Part shown: positions 53,525 to 64,000 of the stretch, piece after piece | Layout of the letters: each line of letters begins with the position of its first letter | How positions within the stretch are numbered: position 1 is the stretch's first letter | Source of the DNA: Chiloscyllium plagiosum | Lineage: Eukaryota | Direction of reading: 5' to 3' | Length of the DNA: 64,000 nucleotides | Assembly: GCF_004010195.1 (NCBI RefSeq) | Contig: NC_057734.1 | Location: 29,857,564 to 29,921,563 of the forward strand | Notes under the pieces: model-generated | The model's database searches: none | What the model was told of the DNA's origin: nothing | What the model saw: only the letters and a program-made list of their open reading frames with translations | Position numbers and translations under genes: made by a program

Positions 53525-53592
53525 TCACTTTTTCTTTTGTTGTTTCACTCTGTAGTCAGCCAGAGCAGCTTTGATCGCATCTTCAGCAAGCA
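53525..53592 (-). CDS. ISCU: ISCU coding exon 5 (terminal)
   Basis: [22 protein letters not shown]. Confidence 0.96.
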
Positions 53593-56500
53593 CTGAAACA
53601 AAAGAGCAATTACATTATTAAAATTAACTACACATTTGCTTATTCAAATCCCAGAAAAAGGACATTTCCCCTCAATTGAACCTCCTTTGAGCCAACTCCA
53701 ATGCAGCTTTTGTGAAGGAAAACAGACTCCGAACTATACAGGTCATAACAGGTTATGTAAATGTAGAAAGGTCAGATCTCAGCCAGTGACTCAGTCTCAT
53801 CAAATCCAGACTATTGCCTCACCAATCTCCCAAAATTGCCACAATAGCTCCCTTGTGGATCAAAACTCTAACTCAAGGAGAAAGTGAGGTCTGCAGATGC
53901 TGGAGATCAAAGTTGAAACTTTATTGCTGGAACAGCACAGCAGGTCAGGCAGCATCCAGGGAACAGGAGATTCGACGTTTCGGGCACAGGCCCTTCTTCA
54001 GGAGTCAAAACTCTAACTCAGCCTTGAACAACTGAAATGACAACTTCCACTGCTTTCTAGGGAGTGAATTCCACAGAATAACAATTTTCAAATTTTTCTT
54101 ATTCTTATGTTGATTCTAGTCTCCCCACATCAGGAGGCAAACTCTAAATATCCAAACTTAGAATGTCCTGAGGAGACTTTACATTTGAAGAAGGTTACTT
54201 ATCATTCTTATAACTTTAATGTGTACAGGCCCAATCGTTCTACATAAAAAAAGACTTCTGAACCATGCCCAACAGTAATTTTAATTAAAACTGGTACCAA
54301 AAATACAACTCCAGATGTGATATCAACAAAGTCTTGTTCAACTGCAGTAAAACTTGCCAATTTTTACATTCCACTTCCTTTGCATTAAGACCAACATTCC
54401 ATTTGCGTGCCTCATCACATCTTGTATCTGCAGACTAACTGATTCCTATACTTAGATACCTATATCCTCTGTATCACAATTAAGCAACCTTGAAATAGAC
54501 GAGAAAGGAAACTAACTGCACTGAAAGGACAGGCGAGAACATGCAAAGTCCTGGACTGGTCCTTAAATCTACAGGCTTCTAAATCAGAAGCGCATGTGCT
54601 CCATTTAAAATCAAATTAAGTCTGCAGAGTGAGGCTGCAAAAAGAATCATAAAACAGGATACGCAAACTTGACCGACATCTTGTAATTTAAGCATTTGCT
54701 AAAACAAACTTTTTTTTAAAAGATACAGACAAATCACCTTCATAAATGTGTTTGAGCACTTTCTGCCAACTTTAAGTGCATTAATCCCTCTCAAATAGTG
54801 ATACATCAAGGTGGTAAATTAAACACTCATTTGCTAATGTTGCAAAGAGTAGCTTCTAGGCTGTTTAATAACATCCCTCTGTTGTATTATTGCTTCTAGT
54901 TTGCTGAAATGTTTCAGTGCTGTTTTCATTGAAAAAACTCTATTCTTGCAACATCTTCCACTTATATCAATAGCTTCCAGGTATAGCCCAAGGATATTCT
55001 GTCTCATCTCCCTGCTGTTAATGACAATGCCAATTACATTTTTAAGATTCAGGCAAATATCATGTCTAATTGAGCACTTTGATTAAATTTAACAAAAAAG
55101 GGAAACTGTGCTCCTTCACGAGGCTGTTACTCATTAATTTAGTCTAATGTTATATGCGTTTCACAGAAATTATAACTACTAGTGTACAACTGACATCTCA
55201 TACTGCATTGTCAATTAATGCATCACAAAAAGTCTCAATTTCATAAATTATCTAGCTTGGGATTGAATTATCACATCTCCATGATTGCTCTGATGTTTGT
55301 CTAGATGCAAGGCATCAACTTGTGGATGCACCAGACTTTCTGAAGCACAATATGTTAACGACCAAAACTACCTTCCAAATTTTCCTACTCCCCTCATGCC
55401 ACCATGTCTTCCTGGTTTCTGAAACAGTCATTTAAAAATACTGAAAAAAACAGTAAAATACATTTTGCCTAATACTTTCACTATCCACCTTATACAGTTA
55501 TTTTAAATGTAAAAAAAGGTTTCAAGCAGCTTAGTACAGTTAAGAAAAAAAATGACATTGAGCCAAAGGATAAGGAGAGAGACACTAAGTATGAAAACAT
55601 TATGTTCAGATTTCCGTTAAACATCCTCTGTTCTACGACTAGTGACAGAAACTTCAAGTCAAGTTGCCCTGCTCAGGAATCTCAAAGACAAGCCATTAAT
55701 GATATTAAGTTAATGAGTTGCACCTGCATATCCATAAAATAAACCCAAACTTACTTGAACAATGCAGTTTGACTGGAGGGAGACATAGCTCCTTAGCAAT
55801 GTCTGTGTTCTTAATCGTCAAAGCTTCATCGACCTGCAAATGAATGACTGTCAATGACTCTTTCTTCAAACTAAGCATGTAAGGCTGAGGCACAAAAAAT
55901 ACTTTCACAGGATGCAGTATAAACAGGTGCAATATTTTGATGAGATTTTATTATGTGGCTTTATTGAACATTCCAACAGTATATCAGTACACGGCAAGAT
56001 CCGCACTCATATCTGAATTAAACAATACATTTTCCACAAACAAAAATGAGAGCAAATTGAATGTATATCTGTAAGCCATTACTATACAAATCAAATATTT
56101 TCCCTCTACTTTCAGTTTTAATTTGTGTTTTGGCACCATCTTATCTTTAAATGGTCCAATAACAATTCCTGTTCTTATGTAATGGTAAAAGATTAAATGG
56201 GACTACCTTTCTGGACATTAATGTAATATTAAAGGCTTAAACTGCACTAACTGAACATTCTGGAAGTGGATGGGGATGGTATTCATGCAGGAATACGGAT
56301 GACGCCCAACCCATTTACACAGTCATTTGCTACTACTCGCCTACTATTATGAAATTAAACTATCATTCAGCCCCTTCCATTCATACTTTCATGGCCATCC
56401 CCCAGCCAATCAGGTTTGCTTGCATGATCATCCGACACGGAAGCATATCACACCTACATGGTCTGGGGAAGTAGCGGAGCCAGAATAATTTGCAGAGCCG

Positions 56501-59500
56501 CTCCGAAGCTAGGACATTCCACACCAACATAGTCTTGGGAAATCACTGAATCAGGAAATAGTCTGCTTAACAATTCCCCAGGATTAGGGCATTTATATTA
56601 TCTCAGAGGATGATCTCATCCTCTAATGTACCTGGGGTAACAGGTGGCTATTTTTAGGGGGGGTGGGGGGGTGGGATGGTGGTGGGGGAGGTGGCCAGAG
56701 TATCTGTCAGCATTACCAATTGACCTGTATAAAGGGGATGTGTTTTCTTTGTTCAGGGTCTCTCTTCTGAATCGACTTCACACACCTATGGAGACTGCCA
56801 GAGGGGTCACCCAGCTTGTACAAGCTTTAATAAAAAAAAACTTTACCTGTTTGCAGAAGTTGGTGTGTAGAACCTAACACATATCGCCATCTATGACTGA
56901 CAAGCATTTTTTTTTTACTGCCATGAAAGAAAAATATCTTGTGTCCAGCACATTTTACAAAAATCTAAGCATACAACGGACTAGTCAAGCTAATGTTGTT
57001 CAGACAAGTTCAAGAAATAGTCATTTCTTGGGTAGTTACCAACTGATTGAGGTTGGCACTTAATTTTAATCAGTATTTTAATACTGAAATGGATTATTCC
57101 TGTTCCTTCTGTATATTTCCATGGAATTACCTCAGAGAAGATGAATATCCTTACCGTTTTCCCTTTCACCCACTCTGTAGCCAGTGAGCTGGATGCAATT
57201 GCTGATCCGCAGCCAAATGTTTTAAATCTCGCATCAATAATTTTCCCATTTTCATCCACCTCAATCTATAGAAGAAAAAGTCAAAATGCAAGCAAGTTTT
57301 AACAATTATAATCTTTATCACAAAATTGAAATCATTTGAATATTTACCAGGCAGAAAATTGTAACAGAATCCAAACTGAGACTTCCAGATGACTGAAGAG
57401 AAAGAGCAGCCACACACATACATGCAGTTTCCAGAGGACAATACAACAGACTGGTCATATCCTCAAAAGAGGGAAGTTAACATTTGTTCTCAATGTGATC
57501 CCAGTCTTTCAGGAAAAATTGGTTTGAAATATTACACGTAGCGTAATTAGGAAATGGCTAATATATTAAAAATACTGGAGAACTTCAGTTCAATCAACAA
57601 GATGAAACAGAATTGAAGCTATCGAAGAAATCACTGCCTGATTGTTTTCATTGAATATTTTAACAAACATGAATGGAGGCTTATGCCCGAAACGTCGATT
57701 CTCCTGCTCCTTGGATGCTGCCTGACTTGCTGTGCTTTTCCAGCACCACACTTTTGACTCTGAACTCCTCAGTAGTTTATTACGAGTGTAACTCTGACTA
57801 CAGAAAAGCAAACCTTCTGAATCATACGACAGCACTAAATGTAGAAAAATATTTAACTTTATAGCAATACCCTTTTCTGAAGGCATGGCGATGGGGCCAG
57901 AACGTGACCCTCCATTCACATTTATTTGGCTCATGAACATAATGCTCAAAACACAGGGAAGTGGAATGACAAATTTGCAACGAGCTGCCACCCCAGTGTG
58001 AAGGCAAGTGTTACCTTTCTTCATTTCACTATGGAGATGTATATATAGTCCGTCCATGAGTCATAAGCTCTCTCTATATACACAAAACTGTGGCAACATA
58101 CATTCCACACTTGGCTCCAAGCACACTCACTTCAACCCCATCACTGTCATTGGTAGCACACACTCTGGCTGTTACTGAGATCTTAGCGCACTCAAAGAGC
58201 ACAGGAGTCAAGATGGGAAAGTAGGCTTCAGATGCTACAAGGAACAGTCTCACAATAGTGTACATTTGTTCAGGCTGGTAGAGTCTAAGACTGTGCAAAA
58301 TAAGGACATGTGCCCTATCAATTTCACAGGCATCTCCAAATTCCAAACTCAGTGGTATAATGGCCTAGGGCAAGGCTCAGGGAAGGCTGAGGAAGCAGGC
58401 CAGGGCAGAGAGGGTGGGAGGGAACTAGCGAATGAGTGAGGGAGTATGTATTTGCATATAGATGCAAGAGAATGAGAATCCTCAAGAGGGAGCTGCATAC
58501 ATGCATAAGCTTCTTCTCCCTTCAGCCAAACACCTAGTCACAAAGACTAGGAGGAAGAAATACCAAGCCTGAAAGGCAACCCACTTTCAACCCCTGCTTC
58601 GTGAATTCTACTGACATCAGCTCAATATGTGGCAGAAGCAAACACAAGGTCAGTTTCAGTTAAACTGAAATTCTTAAATCTGCCTCCATTTGAGGCAATC
58701 AGGAATTGGGGCCTAGTCTATCTCTGCCTCAGGTTCAGTTATTTCCTTCTGCTGCTTGGTGGTACTTTCCTGAAGAAGGGCTTATGCCCGAAACATCGAT
58801 TCTCCTGCTCCTTGGATGCTGCCTGATCTGGTGCGCTTTTCCAGCAACACATTTTTCAGCTCTGATCTCCAGCATCTGCAGTCCTGACTTTCTCCTAGGT
58901 ACTTAAAAATAGACTTGTTTGTTTTTTTGTTTAAATTATGCTTAAATAGTGATTCCTTTTTTTTGAAAAGGTGTTGAGTGCTGTGCCAAACCACACATTT
59001 TGAAAATATGCATTGGGTTCTTGAATGAGAAAAGAATTAAAATCTACTTGCTCACATGAAAAGGTTGGACAACCCTGAACTCTGGTGCTCACTCCTGTAA
59101 ATATCCTGGCAGCTACAACTCAAGTGTCAATCTGCAAAATCCACAAATACCAGTAGCAAATTACCCACACCATTTGGCTACAGAGCAACCAGCATATAGG
59201 TTATTTTATATCTCCTGTGACAATAGCACAAGTTTCCATTAATTGAAGCTGTTATTGGACATTAGCATGGAAAACTGCCATCCCCCTGAAATACTTCTAA
59301 GAAACCCTGTTAAGTCGAGAACCTGTTAAACATCTGCATGGTTTCTCGTGTGGTATTGCTATTCAATTTTCTGTCTATGTCTCCTCACTTGAATGCACAA
59401 TTGCTTGGATTGCTGTATAGGCATGTATTATCTGCCTACAGGTTTAAAGAAATTGCTGTGTTTAAATGTAGCCTCATCTCTGGATCACTGATCAAATGTT

Positions 59501-62500
59501 GAGCTCTAATTTTCGTTCATCTAACCCTGTGGCACTGGAGCCAACTGTTGAGCTGAGAACAGCTCACTCATCCAAGAGCTCACTGAATGTTGACCCATAT
59601 CTTTTATTTCAACAATTGTCATACTGAGAAGCAAGCTGACCAACTGAACCATTAAATGCACCCCTTTAACTGTGCTAAGTAACAACTTCTTAAAAAGGGA
59701 TGCATATGTTGGTTTAATTGGCAAAGCTATGTTTAAATGGATCCTTATCCAACTCTGGATCACTGCATGCATTTAATAACTGTACCTGTAGTTTCATGAC
59801 ATCACCACAAGCTGGTGCACCAACCAGGCCTGTTCCAACATTTTTTGCATTCTTATCCAAGGATCCAACATTTCTGGGATTCTCATAGTGGTCCACCACC
59901 TGCAAGATTAAAGAAATCCAGTAGTGCAAGTCATGACGACTCAATAGAAGTCTAGCTTCTGAATGAGAAACTGAGTGTTTAAGTTACAGTTTGAGCATTA
60001 AAAATAAAGTTTAAAGTCCAGTTCAGGACTGATGGAATGTCGTGCTATCAGAACTGTTGTCATTTGCAAGGGAAGGTACAGTTTGCCCTATCAGGTGGAT
60101 GGAAAACATTCCACAACATTGGATAGATTCAACTCTGGAGACAATCAACATAGAGAGATTATGTGATCATGAGACCACATAGCTGTCTGTGGCAGTTTGA
60201 TTTACAGTATACAAATCAGTACTGCATTGCCTACATCATAACACTGACTCGTCATTAAAAGTACTTCAATGCAAGGTTTGTGAAGGTTTATAGCTCAGGT
60301 TGAGGCTTAAGATGTAGGTTTGCTCGCTGAGCTGTAGGTTTGATATCCAGACATTTCATTACCTGGCTAGGTAATATCATCAGTGGCGACATCCAAGTGA
60401 AGCGAAACTGTTGTCTCCCGCTTTCTATTTATATGTTTGTCCTGGATGGTGTTCCTGGGGTTTGTGGTGATGTCATTTCCTGTTCATTTTCTGAGGGGTT
60501 GACAGGTAATATCATCAGTGGCGACATCCAAGTGAAGCGAAACTGTTGTATGTTTGTCCTGGATGGTGTTCCTGGGGTTTGTGGTGATGTCATTTCCTGT
60601 TCATTTTCTGAGGGGTTGACAGATGGTATCTAGATCTATGCATTTGTTTATGCTATTGGGGTTGGAGTGCCAGGCCTTGAGGAATTCTCTGGCTTGTCTT
60701 TGCTTCGGCTGTCCCAGGATAGATGTGTTGTCCCAGTCGAAATTGTGTTTTTTTTTTCATCCGTGTGTAGGGCTACGAGGGAGAGAGGGTCGTGTCTTTT
60801 TGTGGCTAGCTGGTGTTAGTGTATGCTAGTGGCTAACTTTCTTCCTGTTTGTCCTATGTAGTGTTTGTGGCAGTCCTTGCATGGAATTTTGTAGATAACG
60901 TTGATTTTGTCCATGGGTTGTACTGGGTCTTATAAGTTTGTTAGTTTTTGTTTGAGAGTGTTGGTGGGTTTGTGTGCTACTAGGATTCCGAGGGGTCTTA
61001 GTAGTCTGGCTGTCATTTCTGAAACAACTTTGATGTATGGTAAGGTAGTTAGGGTTTCTGGCTGTATTTGGTCTGGTTGTCGTGGTTTGTTCTGGAGGAA
61101 TCTGCAGACTGTATTTTTTGAGTATCCGTTCTTCTTGAAAACATTGTATAGGTGGTTCTCCTCTGTTTTCCAGGACAAACATATAAATAGAAAGCAAGAG
61201 ACAACAGCTTCGCTTCACTTGGAGGTCACCACTGATGAGTAGTAAACAACACTTTATAAATTCAATTACTACTCCCTCTCCTCCTCCTATCATGCTTCCA
61301 TCTGGCCCTTGACCTCATTGCTAACCATCAGGCTGCTTCTCTTCTACACCCCCTACAAATACTGTCCCTGACCACACCTTCTCCGAAGATCTATCCGTAT
61401 TACTACTTCCCATCTCATCATCTGCCAACACTGCCGAACATGCTTAAATCATCTTCCCAAAAATTCTAATTGGGCTGCTTTAGCAGATCCACCATTTCAG
61501 TCCCCTCCCCGTCCCACATATTTCTTTCTATTTTCCTCTTGCTCACCTTTCTTATATACACACACTAGTTTTCTGATACTTTACACTGTTTCCTTTTTTG
61601 GCCCTAACTACCTTCCCTTCATGACTAACGTGCAATTCCTCAATCCCTATCTTCCTTTCATTTTACTAGGTTCAGCTGACTTTTTCCTTTCCTTGACTTC
61701 TATTCCCATTTTTGGGGATAAGGTGTCCACCAATATCCACTCCAAATCCACCATCTCTGACAGTTACCTTGACTACATTCCTGACTGTGCTACAAGGACT
61801 ACATTCCATCCTCTCAGCTTTTCTATCTCAACCATTGAGATGGTTGCCTTTGAAATGCCAGTTTTCTCCAACCACAATACCAAACATCTTTTTCTTTCCT
61901 ACTACTGTTCCTCAGAGACACCCTGATCTCCTTTACTTCTGACACTTCCTCACCTCTATGGCACATTTCCACAGAATTGCAGATTGCATACTGCCTATTA
62001 CTTGACCTCCTCACTGTTCAAGGTGAATCAGTAGTTTGCTTGCACAGGTCATTCTGCTATAGCACGTTTTGTTAATGCAAATTCACTATAACATGATTGA
62101 TGTATTGGGGTCACTTTCTAAAGCACAAACTTTTAAAGTGCATATTGGTTATTATGCAATTCCGGCCCAATTAGTTTAAATGGCACTGCTATTATGCAAA
62201 TAACCTGGTGTGGTGTGATTTTTAACTTTGCTTCAAGAAGCATTCCTTCGTTAGGCACCATTGCACCCTCCTTCGCACACCCTCTTACTGCAGCCACAAC
62301 GTTCTCCTGTCGTTAAAAACGGTTAAGAAATGTTGGAAACGCTCAAATCAAACACTATGTGTAAGATCACCCGCTTCACCAGGCGGTGCTGATATCAGGC
62401 CAACAGCCTCCAATCTACTCTCCATACATTTGCATCACTCCTCTGGCCCACCCCGATTTCGGCAGCAAGGAACCTCGGGGGGGGGCGCACTATCAGTAGG

Positions 62501-62631
62501 CGTAGGCCCTCAAAACCCCGCTCCTGCCAGTCCCAAAGCCCGATTACCTTCTTGTGATAAGCGGCGACAAGTGGTGCCCGAGCCCTCAGCACAAGCCGCG
62601 ACAGAGAGCACGGAACCATGACCGCCGCCAT
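53525..62631 (-). CDS. ISCU: Iron-sulfur cluster assembly scaffold ISCU, mitochondrial; whole spliced CDS span (5 exons, 151 aa)
   Basis: Exons 62631-62548, 59899-59786, 57265-57155, 55833-55755 and 53592-53525, all GT-AG and in phase. Three Fe-S ligand Cys (PACGD, FGCGS, LHCS), the LPPVK chaperone-binding motif and an Arg-rich presequence are present. Confidence 0.97.
53876..54004 (-). mobile_element. Solo PLE-A end with 16-bp TSD and intact hammerhead core (53971-54004), ISCU intron 4
   Basis: TCAAAACTCTAACTCA at 53860-53875 and 54005-54020; CUGAAGA-A-GGGC(CUGU)GCCC-GAA-ACGU-C. Confidence 0.85.
55755..55833 (-). CDS. ISCU: ISCU coding exon 4
   Basis: [26 protein letters not shown]. Confidence 0.97.
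57155..57265 (-). CDS. ISCU: ISCU coding exon 3
   Basis: [37 protein letters not shown]. Confidence 0.97.
57677..57768 (+). mobile_element. PLE-A end fragment, ISCU intron 2
   Basis: Begins within hammerhead stem II (GGCTTATGCCCGAAACGTC). Confidence 0.78.
58768..58897 (+). mobile_element. Solo PLE-A end with 7-bp TSD, ISCU intron 2
   Basis: GGTACTT at 58761-58767 and 58898-58904. Confidence 0.8.
59786..59899 (-). CDS. ISCU: ISCU coding exon 2
   Basis: [38 protein letters not shown]. Confidence 0.97.
59965..60270 (+). mobile_element. Decayed Deu-domain SINE (SacSINE1/AmnSINE1-like)
   Basis: Recognisable GCCCT-TCAGGTGGATG-AAAA..CC and CCTACAT..AACA-TGACT..AAAAGTACTTCA blocks; related pieces at ~11335-11470 and ~37850-37950 (-). 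Recognised by eye only. Confidence 0.5.
60272..61240 (-). mobile_element. 5'-truncated PLE family D with GIY-YIG remnant, internal tandem duplication and inverted end
   Basis: Minus frame [43 protein letters not shown]; duplication 60369-60503/60504-60622; 61170-61238 is the reverse complement of ~60377-60444. Confidence 0.88.
60347..60386 (-). ncRNA. Minimal type-I hammerhead ribozyme motif (PLE-D)
   Basis: CCA-CUGAUGA-U-AUUACCU(AGCC)AGGUAAU-GAA-AUGU-C|UGG: stem I CCA/UGG, 7-bp stem II. Confidence 0.7.
61680..61960 (+). mobile_element. Old PLE RT fragment
   Basis: [26 protein letters not shown] aligns by eye with the RT motif at 45050-45140. Confidence 0.55.
62548..62631 (-). CDS. ISCU: ISCU coding exon 1 (mitochondrial presequence)
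   Basis: [28 protein letters not shown]|gtaatc. Confidence 0.92.
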
Positions 62632-63257
62632 TGCCACCGAAACCAGACTGCGTCACACCACCTCCCCACCCCCAACTACATCACAAACTGACGTCACCAG
62701 CAGTGGACCCGCCTCATGCTGTTACGTAAGACTGGCCACACCCCCTAGCCTGCTTGGGTTGTATTTGTCGACTGAACATGCGCGTCGGAGGAGACAGAGG
62801 GCTGCAAATGCTGGAGAACATGCGCGACACCGCATAAACACGCCCACACGTTGTGACCGAAAAGACCTGCAACGCCTCTTACGTCGGGCAGTCTGGCCAC
62901 GCCTCCTTGCGCGGTTGCGTTGCCAACGGAAAAGTGCTCAACGTGGTAAACAAAACGTCGACGCTCTCAGTGCCCTTACCAAGATGGTGACAATAATACC
63001 CCGCTGTCGTCATCTTCAATCGTCCGTTTCATTAAAGCCCACAAGTCGCGTGTTTATGATGTATATATTACGCCCAATTATCCCATATTCACCCGAAAAT
63101 ATCTGTTTTAGACAGTCCCGCTCTAATGTGTGGGATTGTACTTCAGTTTGAAGCTTTGATTAAAATAAGGAATTGTTCTACAAGAGGAAGTTGTGTTTCT
63201 CGGGATGTGGAATGTTTCATTTGATCGGGCGACTTGGCCTTCCCCGCACTGCTTCGC
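62632..63257. promoter_or_regulatory. ISCU/SART3 bidirectional CpG-rich promoter
   Basis: 626 bp between divergent ATGs. CRE TGACGTCA at 62689-62696, TTACGTAA at 62722-62729, two GAACATGCGCG (NRF1-like) at 62774 and 62816, GC/KLF-like boxes. Confidence 0.75.
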
Positions 63258-63401
63258 ATGATGGCGACTATCGGGAGGCGACGGTCGAGTGAGGCCGAGG
63301 AATTGGAGGTTGGAAGTGGGGGTGACTCGGAGGAGGAAATGGAAGACTCTTCAGAAGATGAGCAAGAAAACGAGGCGGAAATTCAGCGGTTGGAAGAGCA
63401 G
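63258..63401 (+). CDS. SART3: SART3 (U4/U6 recycling factor p110) coding exon 1; rest of gene beyond the window
   Basis: MMATIGRRRSSEAEELEVGSGGDSEEEMEDSSEDEQENEAEIQRLEEQ|gt. The acidic N-terminus ending EIxRLEEQ resembles vertebrate SART3, and SART3 is head-to-head with ISCU in human. Confidence 0.88.
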
Positions 63402-64000
63402 GTGCGACGTGATGTCGGGCGGGAGAGAGCCCGCGGGATTTAAAACTGTAGCCCAACCTCTCCTGATCCCCCTCACCCCAATCCCACCGCCCACTCCACC
63501 CCCCCCCCCCGTGCCCTCACCCCAATCTCCCTGACACCTCCACTTCCCTGCCCCCTCGCCCCAATCCACCATGCCCCTCAATCCCCCGCACCCTCGCCCC
63601 AAAACTCTCTGCCCGCCTGAACTGCTCACCTTACAGAAAGACACAAAACAAAACACTTCTTGTTGATTGATGAAGTGTAACAAACATCTCAAGCTCCCCT
63701 CAAGAGTCACTTGAAAACCACTTGGTCAGTTTTTTTACAGAGAGAAAATATAGTCTTCTGATGGGGAATAATAAAGTAGCTTTATGCTGACTTATATGAA
63801 TGGCCCATTTTCTAGTTATGTACATATGATCAAGTCATGACCAATAAAATCAAAATGATTTGAAGCATATGCCTTGACTCACATTAAATCTCACTGGCAG
63901 TCAGTGACTAGTGGGATCAATGTTTGGACCTGGCTATTTGCAATACACATAATCGATTTAGATAAGGGAATTAAATGTAATATCTCCAAGTTTGTAGATG

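Noticed and set aside
762-58994. Recurrent peptides [25 protein letters not shown] / [16 protein letters not shown] that look like a protein family or CRISPR-like repeats
   Set aside because: Translations of dispersed PLE-A terminal repeats; not regularly spaced, and the genome is eukaryotic.
62618-63151. 177-aa plus-strand ORF across the bidirectional promoter
   Set aside because: Chance ORF in GC-rich promoter DNA; no recognisable homology, and it overlaps ISCU exon 1 antisense.

Overview
Vertebrate genomic DNA, most likely a cartilaginous fish (shark); the taxon is inferred from the repeat families, not shown directly. The window holds a complete 27-exon DHX37 gene (+, CDS 12942-39099, 1161 aa by my exon assembly), tRNA-Ala(TGC) and tRNA-Asp(GTC) genes (both -, 46.3-47.0 kb), a complete 5-exon ISCU gene (-, 53525-62631, 151 aa), and the first coding exon of SART3 (+, 63258-63401), head-to-head with ISCU. 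Non-coding space is dominated by decayed CR1/L2 LINEs, SINEs and at least four families of Penelope-like elements (PLEs). The most notable structure is in the PLE terminal repeats. Each family carries a minimal type-I hammerhead ribozyme motif (CUGANGA + 1 extra nt, stem II, GAA + 4-nt palindrome + cleavage nt). Copies occur as short solo ends with 7-16 bp target-site duplications, as ~170-bp palindromes folded back at the hammerhead core, and in one case as a TSD-flanked pair of inverted ends enclosing ~380 bp of unrelated, apparently captured DNA. Three assembly gaps fall within or at the edge of PLEs.
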